In this document: piece by piece, positions 57,045 to 64,000 of the stretch
Position numbering within the stretch: position 1 is the first letter of the stretch
How the letters are laid out: the number at the start of each line of letters is the position of its first letter
Assembly: GCF_009914755.1 (NCBI RefSeq)
Contig: NC_060942.1
Source of the DNA: the human T2T-CHM13v2.0 reference genome, Homo sapiens
DNA length: 64,000 nt
Direction: 5' to 3' (one strand)
Notes under the pieces: model-generated
What the model was told of the DNA's origin: nothing
Seen by the model: the letters and a program-made list of their open reading frames with translations, nothing else
Databases searched by the model: none
Translations under genes and position numbers: made by a program

Positions 57045-57404
57045 TCTCTGAGTCTATGCTGTGCTGCTATAATAAAATACCTTAGTCTTGTTAATGCAAA
57101 TAATAAATATTTATTTCTCACAGTTCTGGAGGCTGGAAAGTCCAAGATCAAGGCATCAGTAGATTCAGTGTCGGATGTGGGTTTCTTCTCTGCTTCCCAG
57201 ATGCCACCTTCTTGCTGTGTCCTCAAAAGGCAGAAGTGGTGAACAGCTCCCTTAAACCTCTTTTATAAGGGCACTCATCTCATTATAACAGCAGAGAGCC
57301 TTGATGACTTACTCATCTCCTAAGGGCCTCAGCTCTTCATACTTTTGCATTGGAGGTTAGATTTCAATAGATATTTTGGGGGGACACAAATTCAAACCAT
57401 AGCA
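57045..57404 (-). mobile_element. MaLR LTR, MLT1A/MSTC-like
   Basis: ATTTATTTCTCACAGTTCTGGAGGCTGGAAAGTCCAAGATCAAGGC...CCTCTTTTATAAGGGCACT...TTCAAACCATAGCA. Confidence 0.88.
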
Positions 57405-59792
57405 CTTTCTAATTTTAGGATCTTAAAAACATGGAGTTGGTCATATTAGGCCATGAAACCTACAAATGAAACACCACCTTTGAAATAGTTTTTTATATGT
57501 TCCTGTTAATATGAATTACCAAGTATCTATAATGAAGATAGAAGGCAAGAAAAAAAGAGAGAGTCAAAAATAGAACCACTGACTTCATTCTGTCATGGGC
57601 TGGTACACCCCTCACTCCTTTCATTACTCTTTGGTTATTTTTCACCCTTAGTTAAAACTCATTTTTTTTAAAAAAGTGGCTTAACTCACAAGATTAAAAC
57701 AATTGACACTGAAATGTGAATGAGCAATAGAAGTAATCCCTTCACAAAATTATTACATTTAAAAGATCAAATTTTAGTAAAAGTAATTTACCAATTGAGA
57801 GATTGTAAACTGTATTCAGGACAGCAAGCATGATAGAGCTCTTTGTCTATGTCAGAACGCTGATGGCGCTCAGCAGAAAGAGCACAGCTTAGCTGATCCC
57901 TTGCAGCTGTACATCACTCCTGTCACCTCCCTATATATCCTGTGGTGGCAATGACACATGAAAATAGAAAGAAGACAGGATGTTGGCATAGTCAATGCAG
58001 TAAGTGCTTTGCAAGGCAGCTGGTGAAACAAAAAGATTGTCCATAAAAAATGCATTGATGTCACAAACCATGAGTTTCTTGGAGACCAAATTCTAGCAGA
58101 AATCAACAGAAAACTGAATCCAATAATCAGCAAGACACACAAAACATTTCAAGCATCAGTGAAGAGAAACTTATCTAAGAGGCAAGGAGTATATAGTGGT
58201 CATAAACGAAGCTCACTAATTCCTGGATGGATAATGAAAGAGCAATGTATTTAACAAAATAATTATTAGTAGAACAACACTTAATATAAGTACATTTATA
58301 ATACTCAAAAAGTAGCAGTCTGATCAGTATAGGCTATGCTATGATAATTAAAGGCTATGCTGTGATCAGTCAGGCTATGATAATAAAATAAACAGATCTT
58401 CATGTGTCTGATATTGGTAAATAGTAGACTATGAAATCAACTCTAAAAAGGAATAATGAGAGCAGTTTATTAGAGTCAAAATTGAGACACTTTACAGCTA
58501 CAATTAATTTATAATTAAAATTAAACTGCTGTGGGGAAGAAATTATACTGTAGTATGATAGGCAATCACATTGACTGACTTTTCTGTATATAGATATACT
58601 TTTGAATAATTTGTAGAGTCAGTTTGTCTGAAAAAGTTCAGCACTAACCATAATTGCTCTATGCATAGAGAAGTAGTTTTAGTAGAGGGATTAAATGCCT
58701 TTGGGCTTTGCCCCTCCAGGTAAATATGATGAACATAAATGCAGGTGTTCATTTAGTCTCTTCTCAAGTTATGAAGAACCTAGTTTGGAAGTGGAAGCCT
58801 CAAGTATCAGTAGAGGGAGAAAGAGGGTGAATTTCCCTCTTATCCCTAAGGAGGAAATCTGCAGATAGTTTTATGATAATAAATTAATTAAACTTTGGCA
58901 TTTTAATCTTATGCAATTAGATATAAGATATGAATTGGAAACTCCTTTCAAAACATTTTATCCTAGTAGTCTTTGTTTTTTTTTCTAGTAATTCTTGTAG
59001 TGACTTAAATTGTCCTGTTTTATAATACTCAGAGCCTCAATTATAACTTTTGCACAGCTTACAATGATTACTAGTCATTACCAATTAAAGATTTCAGATC
59101 AAATAGAAAATGTTTCCTATTTTCTGACATTGAGAACAATACACATGTATTTTAGATTCATGGTAATAGACCAGAATTCTCTGAAAATGAAACATTTTAT
59201 AATCCTTCCACATTACAATCTTAAGAATTCTCATTAAGTTCCTTTCAAATACATATTATTATTTTTACTTCCTGTTCTATCGATCTCCAAATTTGAATGT
59301 TTTGGGGGCAGTAAGACATGTGAGCACAGACTTCAACATTAAAGTTACAGTACTCATGGTCAACACCAAAGTAAAAGGGCCACTATGTAAAAATCTGATT
59401 GGATTCACCCGATTGAGGACCTATGAGATGTAAACGGTTTTAAGTGAAATTCAAGAAAACTGGATTATTGTCCAGGATTTTCACTCAAATTTTTGTGATC
59501 TTAGGAAGAACTCGGTAAGACACTTTCCTCTTGCATAGAGTGCAAAATCTGACATCTCTATTAACTGGCATAAAGGGATCTCTCAGTCACAATGCAGAGT
59601 GGAAGGAGCAAGTTGCACAGCAATATGGGCTTAGTAAATCATGAATAGGCATTCAAAAATCTATAAGGAAACACATCAAACTGATAACAGTGGTTTTCTC
59701 TGGGATAGAAACCAGGAAGATGGGGGATGTGGCAGGTACAGTAGAAGGCAATCAAAGGCAGACTTTAGATATGCTGGTACAGTTTTCGTTTT

Positions 59793-60113
<321 letters not shown>

Positions 60114-61278
60114 TCAACGTCCACTTCAAATTTAATCTGTAGAGACAATGACAGGAATTTTTCTTGCCTTCTCTTGTACAGCATGTCTCTCAATGGCCAT
60201 TTTTTCAGAACATTATCCTGACTAACTGATTTTTTAGAGAGAGGAAAGTTAACTGCTCATCACGTTTTGAAAGAAGTTTATCAATATTGTTTAATGTGAG
60301 TGTGGTATTCTCTTTTCTTTCTGTTTCAAGCTATGTTCCTCTGCCCACTCTCTCAACATTGTAATACAATCTTGGATGCTCCTTTGAAAAATGTTTTCTG
60401 TCTTATAGCTAAGATTCTGCATCCTCTTTTCAGTCAGAAGAATGTGCACATATTAATTTTTAATCTATTGTGATAAGAAGTCTAGATTGTCTGGAGGAAC
60501 TGATTTATCAGAAAGTATTCAGTTGACTCAGCCTTTTACACACTAAACTCCCTTTGCTGATCATGGTGAACTCCAGTATGTTTAATTATTATTTACTGTG
60601 TGAATACAATCATAGAGTGAGAAAACCTGTTGAGTAAATGCCATTAGATGGGTATTCTAATCCTGGCTTAGGTAACAGTTTTGTGACCTGAGGAAGTTCA
60701 CCTTACTATGTGATTTTCTTTCCTTACTTGAACTTGGCTTATCTGGTTTTCTTCACAAGGCTTGAGCATTTTAAATGACGCAGTCCTCTTCAATGTACTC
60801 AGTCAGGTGTGACTTTTTCTCTATACCTATCATAATCCTTTATCTTTTCTGAGACCAGCCTGTCAACCATATAATCACAGCAAGGTTCTACAGGTACTAC
60901 ACAGTCATTGGAAGAAAGCAATGAAAGAATGTGTCATTTCTCGTTTCTTTTACTTCCTTATATAAAATACCTGATAACTTACTCCCTTTTTGCTTTCATT
61001 ATCCACCTTTACCTCCCAACACACTAGTTACAGTTTCAGTCCTGAGAGAGAGAGACTTGCTGTGTTAGATTCTGATCTGATGGCGCTGGGGAGTGTTAGA
61101 ACTGGCAGCTGGTTGACAGTGGGAAAGGTTAGTCTGGAGCAGGGGGAAGTGGGTTTGACTTGGTGCCCAGAGGGACTAGGAAGAACGGTGATGGTAAACA
61201 AAATAGATGAGAATGCCTTATAACTCTGTGACTGACAAATGTAAGGACAGAAGAATAAAACATCTACATAGTCTACCA

Positions 61279-61580
61279 CATGCATTCCTAATGCAGTGAC
61301 CCCAAAGGGAGCAAAAAGTTGATTTTAGGGGGCTAAAATGTCATACTTTGTTTATGTATAAAGCACAAATAAATGCATAGCACATAAACCTGTACAGTAT
61401 GCCTATGGTATTAAAGTTTCATGGCGGATGTAGTTAGGGAAAAAAAATGTATAAAACACCTAGTTAGGGGAATTAAAATAAATTCAAATATAAGTATAAA
61501 TTAAAACTCAATAGATATAAATAAAACTCAAACATAATATAACTAGACATATAATTTTAAAAAAAGGATTAGCAACACTG
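61279..61580 (-). mobile_element. MER106B-like (hAT-Charlie) with 8-bp TSD
   Basis: CATGCATTC...TTTATGTATAAAGCACA...TGGTATTAAAGTTTCATGG...CAACACTG. Flanks GTCTACCA (61271-61278) and GTCTAGCA (61581-61588). Confidence 0.8.
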
Positions 61581-61913
61581 GTCTAGCATCATTCAAAAAT
61601 AGGCTATCAAGTATAAAGATGCCTGGATGTAAATAATTAGGCTTAGGGATGGAATGAGATTCCTGAAGTTAGCTGATGTAAATAAATAAATGCTTCAGTC
61701 TTTGTGTTATACCACAAGAAAACCAAAGATTGTATGGTTAACATCTCTGGCAGCAGCTTGTAATCGTGGGCAAAAGATGGAAGCAGAGGTAGAGGAGGGT
61801 GAAATGGTCAGGATTTCCTATTGAGACTCCAGAGAGAAAGAGGCTAGGGTTCAGATTCTGTCATTGCTTTGTAGGCTCCCTAACTTGGGAGGAGAGGATT
61901 GAAAAGTGTGGGC

Positions 61914-62237
<324 letters not shown>

Positions 62238-62289
62238 TTAGAAAGATTACAGGTTTAAACATTGAGGACCAGGATGTCAAACCACAAAA

Positions 62290-62940
62290 ACAAAAGAAGC
62301 AAGCATGACATTATTACTGTAACAATATAATATCAAACTCCAAGATAACTTTGAGTGACAAGCACTAAAATAATAAATATTATGTTATTATATAATTTGT
62401 TTGATTAATATAGAGTCCACATTCAAATTTCACTGTTTGCCCTCAAAATGTCCTTTAAGCATTTTTTCCTGCTCCAGAATCCGATTCTGGTTTACGGATT
62501 CCATGTGATCATCACTTCCTTTTAGTTATCTTCGATCTTGCCTGACTCTTGACATTTGTCTATTATGACAGACAAATTGTAAAAAGTATGACCAATTAGT
62601 TTGCAAAGAGTCTCTCAATTTAGACTCCTCCAATGTTTTCTTGTAATTAGATTCAAGTTATACTTTTGAATAAGAATACTACATAAGTGATATGTCCTTT
62701 TCAGCGCCCCTCATTGGAGCACAAAATATTCTTTGTCTTATTACAAATGATGCTCACTTTTATCACTTGGTTACAGTGTTGTCCTTTAAGAGTCTTCATT
62801 GTGGTAATTAATACTTTTTAAATAAATAATTAATTTGTTAAAAGTTATTTTGCGACTATGTAAACATCCAGTTCCTCATAAAAATCAAACATTCACACAA
62901 TAGTTTTAGCATCTATTGGTTATTCTTTTTAAAAGTAATT
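62290..62940 (-). mobile_element. L1MC4/L1MC5-like 3' fragment
   Basis: GTCCACATTCAAATTTC, TCTCTCAATTTAGA, ATTAGATTCAAGTTATAC, AAGAATACTACATAAGTGAT, ATCACTTGGTTA. Confidence 0.7.
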
Positions 62941-63037
62941 ACTTTACAGTTTCTTTCACTCATTGACCTCAATAATTGAATCATCTTATTTTTCAACTAC
63001 ATTGAATGTTGTCACATTTCGGTGGGCATAAGAATTA

Positions 63038-63146
63038 ACCAAGGAAAGCACTCATTTTGAAGTGTCCTGTTTCTTATCTTCACAGAAACAATCTAAATAC
63101 CTGAAGATAAGGAACAGGACACTTCAAAATGAGTGCTTTCCTTGGT
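63038..63146. repeat. 45-bp near-perfect inverted repeat with 19-nt spacer (hairpin/cruciform)
   Basis: Arms 63038-63082 and 63102-63146 are reverse complements at 44 of 45 positions. Confidence 0.95.
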
Positions 63147-63502
63147 GAAAGAAATTCAAGCTGGAGGGAGAGATCAATAATTGAGATACCCTATATGGCA
63201 AGTGAGTCTTTATTGTCTACAGTGTCCCATATGTCACCTCTGTCATTCCTGATGTTTTTTCATTTGTCCATTAACTCACTGTATCTGAAACAGCTTTTCT
63301 CTAGTAGCTGCTTATGAAAAGGCTTCCCATCCTACAAGTCTGAGTTCATGTTGGTTCTTCTCATGAGAGCTATAGTGATTACCTTTATTTCGATTCATGG
63401 TCAAAGCGTGAGGTAATGCAAACCTGAGGTGCATTAAAAGCTCAGCTTTGGGACATTCATTTCCTTCTGAAAATATGCATGCTGTCACTAAAGATATAAA
63501 TG

Positions 63503-63676
63503 TGTAGCCTGTGATTGGCTGAAGCTCAGCTGTAGTGATTGACTGAGACCCAGCTATTTTTTATAACATATCCTGTTAGACTTTAAGTTTGTTTATATAT
63601 TAAATTAGCTTGTAGTTCCTTACCTAAGGAATCAAGGTAAAGAAGCAGCCTCAGGCCAAATTTAGTTTAATTTACA
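63503..63676 (-). mobile_element. 5' fragment of an ERV1 LTR (MER57/MER93-like)
   Basis: Minus strand reads AAATTAAACTAAATTTGGCCTGAGGCTGC...AATAGCTGGGTCTCAGTCAATCAC...GAGCTTCAGCCAATCACAGGC. Confidence 0.65.
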
Positions 63677-64000
63677 CATTTTTAAAATCTTCATAAAAGT
63701 ACATACTTTCTCAACATTGTATTACATATACAATCTAATATATTATTAAATTGAGCAAGTTAGTTTAATAAGTACAAAACTACATAATTTAAAAACAATT
63801 AATAAAATTTAATTAATTAATGAAAATGGACCACCAGAAACTAATTAATTATTAACCTCCAGTAATAATATTTAATGTCAATTAGAACTTAGAGTACGCA
63901 TTATATGTCTTAATCTAAATTGAATGTGTGATTAAGAAATTTAAGATTATTTTTAATAAGGTGCTTTTCATTCTACGAAATTTAATGCTGTATAATTTTT

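Noticed and set aside
57856-57872. CTCF-like GATGGCGCT (also at about 61079)
   Set aside because: Only the 3' half matches; the 5' CCAS-AG part of the motif is missing.

Overview
AT-rich, CpG-depleted primate (human-like) genomic DNA, either gene desert or deep intron. I find no supportable protein-coding gene, structural RNA gene or CpG island, and I cannot name the locus. The supplied ORFs are short and mostly come from Alu, L1, LTR or microsatellite sequence. The window is a layered record of transposon insertions: about 14 Alus (AluJ/S/Y, many with readable TSDs), old L1 (L1M/MB/MC/PA) and HAL1 fragments, L2 and MIR relics, several solo LTRs (LTR27/28-like, MER39, THE1, MLT1 and others), and DNA-transposon fossils (MER53, MER20, MER1B, MER119, MER106, MER5, Tigger2a/4). 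Family names come from recalled consensus sequences, not a search. The most striking unexplained structure is a 45-bp near-perfect inverted repeat at 63038-63146, a candidate template-switch-born hairpin or pre-miRNA. Other points of interest are a twin-primed inverted L1, an L1 whose middle is replaced by a half-Alu, adjacent Tiggers in a TA tract, short motif-bearing tandem amplifications, and a few weak exon and enhancer candidates. I see no evidence of a new multi-gene system.
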